From positions 583,621-647,620 of the forward strand of contig BCKZ01000013.1 of assembly GCA_001600815.1 (NCBI GenBank): a DNA stretch of 64,000 nucleotides, written 5' to 3'. The stretch is from Alloascoidea hylecoeti (lineage: Eukaryota). Positions 50,601-61,762 of this stretch are shown in pieces; position 1 is the stretch's first letter; every line of letters begins with the position of its first letter. Under the pieces are notes generated by a model. It did no database searches. It saw only the letters and a list, made by a program, of their open reading frames with translations, and was not told where the DNA came from. The position numbers and the translations under genes were made by a program.

Positions 50601-51956
50601 TTAATAGGTAAATCTTCCACAAAGCAAAGTGAATAACTACTAAAAGGAAAAGAACCAAATTCATTAGAATAAAAATCAATTGCTTTATACATAAATAAGC
50701 AAGTGTTTTTTGCTTCTTCTACTTGTGAAGGCCGACAGTAGATTGCTGCAGGGATTGATGTTGTATTATCATTTTCATCTTCATCTTCAGCAAAGCTTGG
50801 TAATGGGATTTTTTGAAATACACCAACCATGAATCCAATGTGATGAGCCGAAACAGGGTTGAACACGCTGAAGGAGGTCACCTTTTTTGTAATATCTAGA
50901 GGATGGGCATTCTATATTTTTTCACTGGTTAGTCTATAGAAAACGATTAAATACCGAACCAGTCAAAGTTCTATTATTATCACTTACTTCTTTGGCTGAT
51001 AAATCTCCGCAGGCAACAATGACATCCATCTCATCATTGGCATCATCATCATCTTCCTTATCTTCATCATTTGCACCTCCATCATCTGCAGTATTGGTGT
51101 TGCTTTGTAATTCTTCAGTCTTTATGTTTGATAATGATTTCCTCCTATCCAATTTCAAATCATCACCAATTAACTTAGATTTACCGATCAATCCTACGTT
51201 TCTAGGTGTTCCTATTTCCAGCTGCCAAGTGCATCTCTCCCATAATGAGTCAATACACGGTACCCAGCAACTTGTTGAAACACCAATGGCGGAGTTATTG
51301 GTATACGCATGCCATTCTGATTTATCTAAGGATGTGTGCGAGCCGCCTATAAAACAAAGTCCTGAGACTGGGTTTTTAACTGAATATCTTATCTTTATTG
51401 TTAAAGGAGTGTAGATTAGATCATGACCTGTATTACTCGGAGTCAGGAAGGATGTCAAATGAGGATCTGGGGAGTTATTAGATGTACCTGAGATAGCTTG
51501 GGCCAACACGCTAACATCATTGGTAGTTATTTTTAGGTTTTCGGGTAGTTCAATGAGTAGTTCACCACTAGTTGTTCCTTTTAAAAGTCGATGCAGTTTC
51601 TCCCGCTGGAGCTTGTGCTGATGAATATCAGTCCCTGGAGGCATTGTTAATGAGACAAAATCATTATAGTAAAATGTAGCTTTTTGGGAATTAACGGTAG
51701 CTTCCTCGACAGACATTTGCCGACAATCAAGGGATATGAATCTAATAGATGGGTCAAGCGGTATAATTGTTAATTCCGTGTAACCTCCAAGAACACGTTC
51801 AGCAAGGTCAACATCGACAACTATTCGCTGATGTGCAACTCTGAAATGAAGATCATCTAGCCTCCCACTTGAGCTGTGTTTTCTGGATGATGTTTTATCT
51901 TTAGCAACGGGTGTTGAAGCTGCGTTGACTGGTAAATCGAAATCGACTGAAGGCAT
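47612..51956 (-). CDS. TAF2: TFIID subunit Taf2; intron 50912-50987
   Basis: M1-aminopeptidase-like fold: FRVAHQRIVVDVDL, WVPCID, FFQQWVYGSGYP, GPMTIRIHEADGTPYEH, WIRVDADFEW and QDRDVEAQ. The GTAAGT..GACTAAC..TAG intron joins the two ORFs. Confidence 0.95.
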
Positions 51957-52229
51957 ATCTCTATAAGACAATATGGATTTGAAAGATGAGGGTTAAATCA
52001 GTACGCGATATTTTCAAACAAAACAGTCATTAGCCAGCGCGTATAAGCAATAATATTTTTATGAGAGGGTGATGGGCAGCTGCGAATTTTATGGAGGTTT
52101 TAAGCCTGAAAATGGCCGGATTCTTATTTCGTGTTTACGTACAAAGATGAGAAGCAAAAGTGTGGAAATTTCGGAAGTTACCCGGATATCACAATATCTA
52201 AATCATAAATATTATCACCTATGTATTTC

Positions 52230-54071
52230 CTATATACTTTTTAATTCAATGCCAATTCCTTTTTCCTGTTCTGTTTGTTTTTCATTTTCATCCCTTGATT
52301 TTTGTTCTATTTTTTGTGGTACACCGCTACTGGTACTGGTGGTGGATTTATACCTTTGTTGACGATTCATGTACAACCTTGTGCGAACTCTCCATTCCTC
52401 CGCAACACCAGCAACGCACTCCTCAACACTGAACTCACTCTTCCAACCTAAAATCTTCCTCGTATGTCTCACTCCTTCACTTCCAGGTATATGTGTAATT
52501 TGCCACACGTTAAATTTTCCTGGCGTCATGGTACGTAGTAGTGTAGAAGCTAATGAGGACTGCTTCCGGGTAGCGCCGGAAATCAATGGTGTTGTAATCG
52601 CATAATTTGTAAATCCGAAGAAATTGAGAATCTCCGTAGTAAGATACTGATACAACAATATTAAATAGGAGAAGAAGAGAACTATGGCCGGATTTATCTG
52701 TTGAAGCCGCATATTAGGAATACGAGGGCTTTGAGAAGACTCCGATCTAGATGTCAAATAACTGAACACATGCCCTGAAGTTGTAACATTAACTGCAGTG
52801 CCCGGGTATGATGATAGACTAGACGTTTGTGTTTGTGGTTGTTTCTGAGGGGATTGAGATTGAGAATGGGTTTGGGGATGCAGATTGGATGCAGATTTAG
52901 ATGCTAATGTTAATGATGATGCAGATTTAGATAATGTCGATGATGTGTTTGCCAGAATAAAAGATTGTCCTTCTGTATCTAGTGGATTGTCTAATAGGAC
53001 ATTGCTCAATTTCAGGGCAGCTATTGCAATATCTTCAACATGAATTAGCAATAACGGGACATTCCATGAAAATAATAAAAACAGCTTTGATTGCAAAGCA
53101 ACGTGTAGAAAATTATCATCCAAATGACCTGTAACTATCCCACTAGGTACCAAGGTTGCAGTTTTTAGATATTTCGCTTTCCCATGGTCACGGTTGCTAT
53201 TGGAACCTTGAATTAAGGGTGAATTGTTTGCTTCTAATACCAGTATTTCACTTTCATACATGGATTCGGCATAACAATTTATGAACTTTGGCTTATTCTG
53301 CTTCGTTGCTAAGCCAGTCGAGTTAAATGTTTGAATAAAAGGAGAATTTATTTGCTTTGCCAATTGTCTCGGATCAAACCAATTAGGCGCAGATCTATAT
53401 GCAATTTCATCACCGAATCCAATTAATGATATCCCACTAAAATTTAATTCACATTCATTTGTTAAAATGTTAATGATGTGTCGTGTCCCTTCCACATTTA
53501 CCTTCTTAAAAATATTAGAACCAAAAATGGAAAGGGTTTGATGAAATTGCCTAGTTGCTGCACAATGGAAAACAACCAGTTCATATGCTTGGAAGTCCGA
53601 ATCAAGAACACCATCTGTATCTACCCAGACACAGTTTATGGCATCCCGTAGTTGCGCTTCGTGAACCACATTTGCCCGTATATACTGCGCTCCATGTGCA
53701 ATTACATCTCCCGGTGGTTGTCTGATATCGATAATACGAACAAACCTCTCCTTACGGAACAACAGGAAACGACACACCCATGAACCAATAAACCCAGAGC
53801 CACCCACAATAATAAACCGAGTGTTCTTATTTGAAGAGCATGCAATTTTTTGACGAGACCTCGATAAAAGGGCAGAGGGTGAAAAGTTTCGCAATCGTAT
53901 GGGTTTGGTTTCAATATGCGATGCATATGAGGATAACCGGGAATCAAAAAGCACCATTAGAAGTAATAAAGGACCTAGTAAAGTGACGACAGAAACCAAA
54001 CTGAGTCCCCCAGAATTCATGGGACTCTCCTTTGAAAGAACCTCAGAGTTGGATGACAACTCTGCACTCAT
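52230..54071 (-). CDS. Membrane-anchored 3-beta-HSD/Erg26-like extended SDR protein (divergent)
   Basis: N-terminal TM segment; Rossmann motif IIVGGSGFIG…RIIDIR, VVFHCAA, VNVEGTRHII and IHVEDIAIA. Confidence 0.75.
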   Translation of the reverse strand: MSAELSSNSEVLSKESPMNSGGLSLVSVVTLLGPLLLLMVLFDSRLSSYASHIETKPIRLRNFSPSALLSRSRQKIACSSNKNTRFIIVGGSGFIGSWVCRFLLFRKERFVRIIDIRQPPGDVIAHGAQYIRANVVHEAQLRDAINCVWVDTDGVLDSDFQAYELVVFHCAATRQFHQTLSIFGSNIFKKVNVEGTRHIINILTNECELNFSGISLIGFGDEIAYRSAPNWFDPRQLAKQINSPFIQTFNSTGLATKQNKPKFINCYAESMYESEILVLEANNSPLIQGSNSNRDHGKAKYLKTATLVPSGIVTGHLDDNFLHVALQSKLFLLFSWNVPLLLIHVEDIAIAALKLSNVLLDNPLDTEGQSFILANTSSTLSKSASSLTLASKSASNLHPQTHSQSQSPQKQPQTQTSSLSSYPGTAVNVTTSGHVFSYLTSRSESSQSPRIPNMRLQQINPAIVLFFSYLILLYQYLTTEILNFFGFTNYAITTPLISGATRKQSSLASTLLRTMTPGKFNVWQITHIPGSEGVRHTRKILGWKSEFSVEECVAGVAEEWRVRTRLYMNRQQRYKSTTSTSSGVPQKIEQKSRDENEKQTEQEKGIGIELKSI

Positions 54072-54229
54072 TTTTTTGTCTGTATAAAATAGAAATTAAT
54101 TATGTCAGAAGAAGCATCATTTCTCCATTTTTATGTAAATCTGGATGTGCGGGTGTTTTGTCAACCTTCCCAGAATTATCTGTATTCAAATTTCAACCTT
54201 CTGAGGTTTGAAATAAAGAGATCGCAAAT

Positions 54230-56590
54230 ATGTCTTCAGATCATATCGACACAGAAGTCACAAGGACTAAACTGACATTAAAGAAAATTGTTAAAACTGC
54301 TCCTGACCCATCTTATGATCCAAACTTTATTCCAACTCATGATCAACCACCAACTTCCCAAGTAGATTTACCTGACGCTGTGAGCATTGCACAAGAGAAA
54401 AAGATTCTGGATTCAATATGGTTATTAAAGGCACAATACCTTGAACTTCAATCTGCTTTCCAATTACAACAATATGACTCAGTTTTCTATGCTGTGTCAA
54501 AGACACGTGAAAAGATTAAAGAGTTTGATTTACTATTAGGTGGTAAAGCTTCACAAGTTCTCATTATTCAACGTATGCAAGAGTCCATTCAAGAAATTGA
54601 AATTGAGTCTTTAGGTCAGATTAGTGATTTATGGCATATTATGGTTTCATATAAAGAAAATGACGAATTAATTATACTGAAAACTAAAAAAAGATCAACT
54701 GAAGAAGAGGATGAAATTACCTTAGAAGAAGTCGAAGAACTTTTAAAAATTCATAATGCTGAAAAGCACCATAAAGAATTACAAAAACTAAGGAGTTATG
54801 TTGATAATATATTAAAGGGGATAGTTGAGTTAGAAATATCTGTTACAGCATCAACAGATAATATATTTTCATTGAAACCACAAAAGTCACAAATCAATTC
54901 ATTAAGCGATTTCGCCAATTCCGTTAGAATATTTTTAACGTTTATTAACAAGGCATTCACCCCTGGAATCTTTGGTTTTATTAAAAATCAAACACAAACA
55001 AATTTTATATTTCAAATTAGATCAAAAAGTTTACCCCAGCTTCTCAACAGTTCATTTGAATCTTCCTTGAATTCTTTTGACCTACAACCTTTGAAACAAT
55101 TAAGCACATTCTTAAATAAAGTTGGATGGTCTCGGTATGATGTTGATGATTGGATTGACAATATCGAGAAAGAATTTTTGGAGTTCAGAAAAATTAAATA
55201 TTTCAATACGTTAAGGCAAGACCTAATTTTAGCGTCTCACCAGAAAGAATATATATTAAGGAAACTTGTGTTGGTAGAAGGCAAAAGTAAAAACAACGAA
55301 GGACCTTCTACACTTACTGCAAATTCAAACAGTGATGGTGTGATACAAAGTTCACATAGTACTAAAAGATCAAAGGATGATCCACAGAATTTGAAAGATG
55401 ATTACGATGATATAGAAGAGGACGATGCTTGGAATATGGATGATGATGTTGATATTGATTCGGATGACCAATCAGAAAAAAAGGCTTCATCTGCTAATGA
55501 AGAAGATAGCTGGAATATGGATGAGGATAATTTTAACTCGGATGACCAATCAGATAAAAAGGAGAATAGTGAAGGTGAAGAAGAAGAGGATGCCTGGGGC
55601 TGGGATGATCCTGATTTAAATCTGAAAACACCAAAAACACCTTTCTTTGAAAAGAAAACGGAGATACAACATAATCATCCTTCAAATTCAACACAATTAG
55701 CATCTGTTGCTACCTTTCATTCAACTTTTATTTCCGAGAAAGTACTTGATTTAATCTTTGAGTTCTTAAATGAAGGGGATTCTATTCAACAACATTCTAT
55801 CCCTATAATACCAGAATTGAGAAATGTGGGGAAACTATATGGTGAAGCTTTACCAGAATTTTATGAATTATACTTTTCAATGATTCCTCTCTTGTATACA
55901 GATACAGATAATTGGTTAGTATACAATGATCTATTATATATTTATCAAGAGACAAGTTTATCACCGAGAATAACTGACATTTCATTGGATGCAATATTAC
56001 AAAAACAAATATCAGCAAAACTAATTTCAATATTATCAAACTACAAAACGACCCTAAAGTACAAATGGAGTCAAATGCATTCATTCACTGGATGCACAGA
56101 TGAATCAATTTTCACAAAATATGATGATATAATAACAAATATACACCTCTTTCTAACAAAACTTAATAACATTTCAAATATATCAGTTGTTAATCTTGAT
56201 AAAATGGTAGCAATGCTATTTGAATTTTTCTACAATTTAGTTCTTAATGAAATATTAGCATTCGGTGATGTTTCTACAAAAGAATCTGAAATCTTATCAA
56301 AATGGGTCGATAAATTACTTGAAATTGTTTCTCTAAATCCACAACTTTCAGTAATATCGTCTAAGAATTTAGATTTTAATACAATTGTTCCATCTTTTCA
56401 TAAACTATTAACAGTGAAGAAGATCTTGAATTTGCATTTAAAAGAAATTCTTACAATGTTTTATAATGGAGAATTATTCGATTTAGAAACCGCAGAATTG
56501 ATAAAGTTAATAAAAGCGTTATTTGCAGACAGTAGCGCAAGGAGTGAAACTATTTCTGAAATTGAGGAAGTAAGGGCCGAAGTTCTATAA
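54230..56590 (+). CDS. DSL1: ER tethering factor Dsl1 (ZW10 family)
   Basis: Central acidic Trp lasso (EDDAWNMDDD, DSWNMDED, DAWGWDD); C-terminal LKEILTMFYNGELFDLETAELIKLIKALFADSSAR. Confidence 0.85.
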   Translation: MSSDHIDTEVTRTKLTLKKIVKTAPDPSYDPNFIPTHDQPPTSQVDLPDAVSIAQEKKILDSIWLLKAQYLELQSAFQLQQYDSVFYAVSKTREKIKEFDLLLGGKASQVLIIQRMQESIQEIEIESLGQISDLWHIMVSYKENDELIILKTKKRSTEEEDEITLEEVEELLKIHNAEKHHKELQKLRSYVDNILKGIVELEISVTASTDNIFSLKPQKSQINSLSDFANSVRIFLTFINKAFTPGIFGFIKNQTQTNFIFQIRSKSLPQLLNSSFESSLNSFDLQPLKQLSTFLNKVGWSRYDVDDWIDNIEKEFLEFRKIKYFNTLRQDLILASHQKEYILRKLVLVEGKSKNNEGPSTLTANSNSDGVIQSSHSTKRSKDDPQNLKDDYDDIEEDDAWNMDDDVDIDSDDQSEKKASSANEEDSWNMDEDNFNSDDQSDKKENSEGEEEEDAWGWDDPDLNLKTPKTPFFEKKTEIQHNHPSNSTQLASVATFHSTFISEKVLDLIFEFLNEGDSIQQHSIPIIPELRNVGKLYGEALPEFYELYFSMIPLLYTDTDNWLVYNDLLYIYQETSLSPRITDISLDAILQKQISAKLISILSNYKTTLKYKWSQMHSFTGCTDESIFTKYDDIITNIHLFLTKLNNISNISVVNLDKMVAMLFEFFYNLVLNEILAFGDVSTKESEILSKWVDKLLEIVSLNPQLSVISSKNLDFNTIVPSFHKLLTVKKILNLHLKEILTMFYNGELFDLETAELIKLIKALFADSSARSETISEIEEVRAEVL

Positions 56591-58322
56591 CATTACTGTG
56601 GTATACTGAAAAGGCAACGTTAGCATAACTAATATAACTTATAGTTACATATAGCATCTTAACTATTCGAGTTCTTCGTACGCATGGTATTTTCATTTAC
56701 CCCAAATTTAAAGCTAAAACTGAAAATTAACGATGTATAACAAAATGATAATGCAAAATAAAGTCGTCATGTGAAATTAAAACGGTTCTACAATTGCAGT
56801 ATGTCATAATTCGTAATTTTCTTGGTTACTGTCAAATAGTGTCAATCGCCTGTTAAGTAAATTAATTTGTTCATCCTGTTGATAAATCTCTAAGATCTAG
56901 ATCTACAGTATATCTAAATAATCTAGTTCATGGTCACATTTATTATTTGTTGTTATGTAGTCATTGGATTTGATTTCGTCCACACTGTTTACTAATTTCT
57001 GGTTTGCACCATTGACAATTAATATAGTTAACTTGTGGTCGAAAATTAGTACATGTAAGCCTTATAGTATGACCGAATATTTAGTCCAAAAGGTCGCCGA
57101 ACTTAAGTGGTATGTATTATTTTAGAATTACAAATAATTAATTGTAATCGGAGCATGTAGATAGGAAATCGGTTGATCATTCTTCCGATATCGTCAGGAT
57201 TTGAAATATAATGCTACAACGCTCACCCACCTCTCTTTTGTGATCATGATGCTAGAAATAACTCAAGATACACACAGATATATCATTATCCATCTGACCC
57301 ACTTTAAAAAGATGTTATTAATATGAATTAATGTTAATTATAACTTAAGTCTTAAACTTGAACTTGTAATCGTATGCAATACTACATAGCATCAACTATT
57401 CAGTTAATGGTCTTCGGAAAACATTACGCTTTTGGTTATCTTTATCCGCTTATTACATTGTCAAGCCGTTGTAAATTAGGGTATATTCAGTCAATTTTTA
57501 GACAAACAAAATTAATTCAAAGACAATCTTGACGATTTTCATTACAATTGGCCATAGTATAAGTTAAATAATTAAAAATCAATAATAGTTTTAGGTTCCA
57601 TCCCTGTATGTAGCACCTAAATATTGATGGCCATGGTGTATTTAAGTGCACAGCTATAGGCGTCGTATCAGCTCTTTTGATAAAAGACTATTTTATACAT
57701 ACAACTAAATGGTTTACTTTATTCGGAGTCCAGGACTTAATATAAAACGTGTACAATATTATACCCCAATTTAAATTCTTCTGTTTTTAATTTTAAGCTA
57801 TGTATGAATGAACAATAATCATAAAATAGAAAGTCTACATAAGAATCGGTAGATTGATGCTCCTATATATTTTTCATATTTGTCAGTCCTTTAAACTTTG
57901 GAATACTTGGAATTTAAATTAACCTGAATCTGTCAACACGGAAGTTAGACAATTGCAAAAGCCTGTTTAGTTCATATAGCGCTACATATTGAGTACTGTT
58001 ATAATTACTATTCTAGATCTCCCCTTATTACTTAAATAGTTACTTATCAAATATATTTCAAATTGGATTACCGCCGTCAACTGCAGAAGATAACCGCATG
58101 GATAAATAATCCGCGGCCGATAGTTAGAAATATGTTGAAAAAATACCCAATTAACTCATTGTAGTAGTAATATATAAAATGTTGTTCTATTATTCGGGTT
58201 TTACATACAAGAATAGGTAAACATATATCATTAAATGGAATACTAGTATAAATACTGCTTTCATTGCTGTGTTCTGTCTCTTTGTGACAAACCTTAACTA
58301 TATTGTAATATACCAAATAGAG

Positions 58323-59528
58323 ATGTTGAAGACAGGATTAAAATTATCTCAGAAGACCCTTAACGTCAGGAGCTTCTCAACAACAAAGTCAGCTTTGGAT
58401 GTCACCGAATTTCATATGCCACCAATTTCACTCTTTGGTCCGGGTTCAGTTGAACATGCTATGGATCTTATTAAGAAGAAAGGATTCAAGAAAGCTTTAA
58501 TTGTTACAGATCCAGGTATTGTTAAAACTGGTCTCTCTGACCAAGTTGCAACATTATTAAAAGAAAGAGGTATTTATACGACGTTGTATGGTGAGGTTCA
58601 ACCAAATCCATCCACCAAGAACGTTGATGCTGGTCTAGCATTACTCAAAGCTAACTCATGTGATGCTATTGTATCCATTGGAGGTGGCTCGTCGCATGAC
58701 TGTGCTAAAATTATTGGGCTTATTGCAACAAACGGTGGTATTCCACAAGATTACGAAGGCGTCGAGAAATCAGAAAATCTCCAGGTTCCACAAATTGCAA
58801 TTAATACAACAGCGGGTACAGCAGCAGAAGTTACCAAGAATGCCGTTATAACAGACCTTGAAAGACATGTTAAAATGTTAATTGTTGATTCAAATACCAC
58901 TCCTTTAATTGCAGTCAATGATCCGGTTACACATGCTGGCATGCCAAAAAGTTTAACAGCTGCTACTGGTATGGATGCTTTAACACATGCCATTGAAGCC
59001 TACGTCTCAACTGGAGTTAACCCAATATCTGACTGTCTTGCTTTAAAGGCAATTGAAATGGTCACCGATAACCTTCCTGCAGCGGTTGAAGATGGATCAA
59101 ACTTGACTGCTAGACAAAACATGGCATACGCTGAATTTATTGCAGGTATGTCATTTAACAGTGCAGGTCTTGGATATGTTCATGCCATGGCTCATCAATT
59201 GGGAGGAATTTACGGCCTACCTCATGGTGTTTGTAATGCCGTTTTATTACCACATGTGGAAAAATTCAATTCTAGAGCGGTGAGTGAGCGACTTGGGGAA
59301 GTGGCCAAACATATGGGATGTAGCGAACATACAGCAGAAGCAGCCATTACTAAGATCAAGGAGTTATCAAAGACAGTTGGAATTCCCGCAGGTTTGGAAG
59401 AATTAGGAGTTAAAATAGAGGATTTTGGATTACTAGCCGACAATGCCATGAAAGATGCCTGTGCTGGAACAAATCCCGTTCAGCCAACAAAAGAGGAAAT
59501 CATCGATATCTTTAAAGAGGCATTTTAA
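58323..59528 (+). CDS. ADH4: Group III (iron-containing) alcohol dehydrogenase with mitochondrial presequence
   Basis: VQPNP, IGGGSSHDCAK, NTTAGTAAEVT, TGMDALTHAIEAY and GYVHAMAHQLGG…PHGVCNAVLLPHV. ATG 58323 begins MLKTGLKLSQKTLNVRSFSTT. Confidence 0.93.
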   Translation: MLKTGLKLSQKTLNVRSFSTTKSALDVTEFHMPPISLFGPGSVEHAMDLIKKKGFKKALIVTDPGIVKTGLSDQVATLLKERGIYTTLYGEVQPNPSTKNVDAGLALLKANSCDAIVSIGGGSSHDCAKIIGLIATNGGIPQDYEGVEKSENLQVPQIAINTTAGTAAEVTKNAVITDLERHVKMLIVDSNTTPLIAVNDPVTHAGMPKSLTAATGMDALTHAIEAYVSTGVNPISDCLALKAIEMVTDNLPAAVEDGSNLTARQNMAYAEFIAGMSFNSAGLGYVHAMAHQLGGIYGLPHGVCNAVLLPHVEKFNSRAVSERLGEVAKHMGCSEHTAEAAITKIKELSKTVGIPAGLEELGVKIEDFGLLADNAMKDACAGTNPVQPTKEEIIDIFKEAF

Positions 59529-59704
59529 ATAATTTGTATTGCTATTTATTTACCAGTAGATTAATTAACTTAATAAAAAGAATGTGAAATGTCGCAATAA
59601 TTAACGATCATCGGACTCAAAACACCCCTGCATCTGTCAGTAAAACGTATGGAAACTCCGGTTTCCCCCCGAGAAACCTTCAAGAAACCTTCAAAAAAGT
59701 AACA

Positions 59705-59999
59705 ATGTCCGACCACCAATACCATTACGATGTTACCATGTCCTGTTCTGGTATGTTCTTTTTTTTTTTCCTTTTTGCTTGTGTCCTTGATGCATTGATC
59801 TGATCTGACCGCCCCCACAGGATGTTCTGGTGCCGTCACTAGGGTCCTAAACAAGCTTCCCGGAGTCAAACAATTCGATGTCTCATTAGAAAAACAATCT
59901 GTGGATGTCACCACTGAAAATGCCCTTAGTTATGACGCCGTTTTGCAAACCATTGCTAAAACAGGGAAGAAGGTAGTTGGTGGAAAAGTTGTTGTTTAG
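59705..59999 (+). CDS. ATX1: Copper chaperone Atx1; intron 59751-59820
   Basis: Spliced MSDHQYHYDVTMSCSG/CSGAVTRVLNKLPGV…IAKTGKKV, 74 aa, with MxCxxC and KTGK motifs; absent from the ORF track. Confidence 0.95.
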
Positions 60000-60099
60000 C
60001 CTGAATTCCCCTAATAGTTAGTTTAATATATCCGGGTGACCCTAAATTATACTCTTATCTTGTGCTTAAATTTCAAAAATAGTATGTAAACAAAAAAAT

Positions 60100-61620
60100 A
60101 TGCTCCTAAACCACTCACAGTATTCACGAGTCGTTCAAGATGCCCCTCATAGAATTAATCAATGCTTGATTCTAAATACCTACCTATCGTCTGATCCTGA
60201 AATAATGCCATCCTCCTTGTTAGTTCATGGCATTGCATCTACTGGTAAATCGTACTTAACTAGAAAAATACTAGATGAATCTCACATAAAGTATACGTGG
60301 ATTAACTGCCCTCAATGTATATCTACACGAATATTACTACAAAGAATCCTAAGAGGTATACAAAAAGATAGTGATGTTGACTTGAGCGAGAGTAATAAGG
60401 CAAACAATGAAGGGAAGTTGATAGTAGCGGGGGAAGAATATAACAGATACGACATATATTGTGAAAACTTTACTTACTTTGCAGCTGAGCTTGAGCTATT
60501 CATAACAAAGTACAATTATACCGGAAGGGGCCATATATTGGTTTTGGATAATATTGATGAGATGGAAATCGACCTTAACGAGATCCAACAAATCATTTCA
60601 TGCTTCTTAAAATTAAATGAAATGACAAATAATCGTACCAAAAATTTTACAATTATTTTTATAATGAAAGGTGGGAACTTTGGTAGAATCGGTAGTACTA
60701 TGAATAGTATCCCTACTGTCTACTTTCCTACTTACCAAGATGATGAAATTCTTGATGTTTTAAATCGTGATATTATAAGGTTACCAAATGACTGTTTTGA
60801 TTCCAACTTGTCAGAGTCAGAAAGGGAATTAGAACAGAAGAAATTTTGGAATAATTTTATCAAGGTAACTTATAGTGCCAAGAAACAATTTACAGGTTCG
60901 AATATTATTGTTCTGCGTGATATTATACAAAAAATATGGCCACTTTTCACTAGAAGGATTATATCTGGTGAGAGAACTGTAAACGATTTTACAAAATTAT
61001 TAAGGGAAGAAAGAAATCTTTTTTCGGGTTCTTTTGGTTGTGATGTATCTTTAGTCGATGATATGAATGAGAATGATAGTAGGGTTGCTTATGAAGATAC
61101 ATCAATCGAATATGAATTACCTCTATTTTCAAAATATATCCTATGCGCTGCTTATTTAGCATCATACATTCCTTCAAAATACGATATTACGATATTTTCC
61201 AAAACAGGGCAAATTCGAAAAGGTAAAAGACATATGACATCTTCAAAACGGAAATTGAAAATAGATAGGAAAAACTTATCACCACCATCATTTGATTTAG
61301 AAAGACTATTTGCTATTTTAAAATCATTATTAAATGAAAGTGGAATATCCGAATTGAATGATAATGTAAATAATTTCAATGATAAAAATGAAGCTTGGTT
61401 GGCAAAAGGGACAGAGATTGGGATAAGAACGAATGTTGATTTGATGCAACAGGTTGCTAATTTATTAACTCTGAAATTACTGACTAAAACTGGCTTTGAT
61501 TCATTGGGAGAACGGAGCCGCTGGAGAGTCAATGTTGGATGGGATGAAATCAGAAAAGTAGCAAGCACCATAGATTTGGGAATAGAAGGCTACGTCATGG
61601 AAATTGATGGAACCAAATAG
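60100..61620 (+). CDS. ORC5: Origin recognition complex subunit 5
   Basis: Walker A HGIASTGKS, INCPQCISTRILL, VYFPTY, LPLFSKYILCAAYLASY, PPSFDLERLFAI and RWRVNV. Confidence 0.92.
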   Translation: MLLNHSQYSRVVQDAPHRINQCLILNTYLSSDPEIMPSSLLVHGIASTGKSYLTRKILDESHIKYTWINCPQCISTRILLQRILRGIQKDSDVDLSESNKANNEGKLIVAGEEYNRYDIYCENFTYFAAELELFITKYNYTGRGHILVLDNIDEMEIDLNEIQQIISCFLKLNEMTNNRTKNFTIIFIMKGGNFGRIGSTMNSIPTVYFPTYQDDEILDVLNRDIIRLPNDCFDSNLSESERELEQKKFWNNFIKVTYSAKKQFTGSNIIVLRDIIQKIWPLFTRRIISGERTVNDFTKLLREERNLFSGSFGCDVSLVDDMNENDSRVAYEDTSIEYELPLFSKYILCAAYLASYIPSKYDITIFSKTGQIRKGKRHMTSSKRKLKIDRKNLSPPSFDLERLFAILKSLLNESGISELNDNVNNFNDKNEAWLAKGTEIGIRTNVDLMQQVANLLTLKLLTKTGFDSLGERSRWRVNVGWDEIRKVASTIDLGIEGYVMEIDGTK

Positions 61621-61762
61621 TTATAATACATATAATTATAAATGTTATGTATAACTATAATTTATGTTCATTCATTATTTTTGTATTCCAGCACAGTAAA
61701 AATCCCAAATGTAATACGTATGTACAGCTAAGAAATAAACGTTTCCTTAAGACAAAGATATA

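Noticed and set aside
59672..59696. GAAACCTTCAA twice, as a Zap1 ZRE
   Set aside because: Lacks the GGT half of ACCTTNAAGGT and lies within about 30 bp of the ATX1 ATG.
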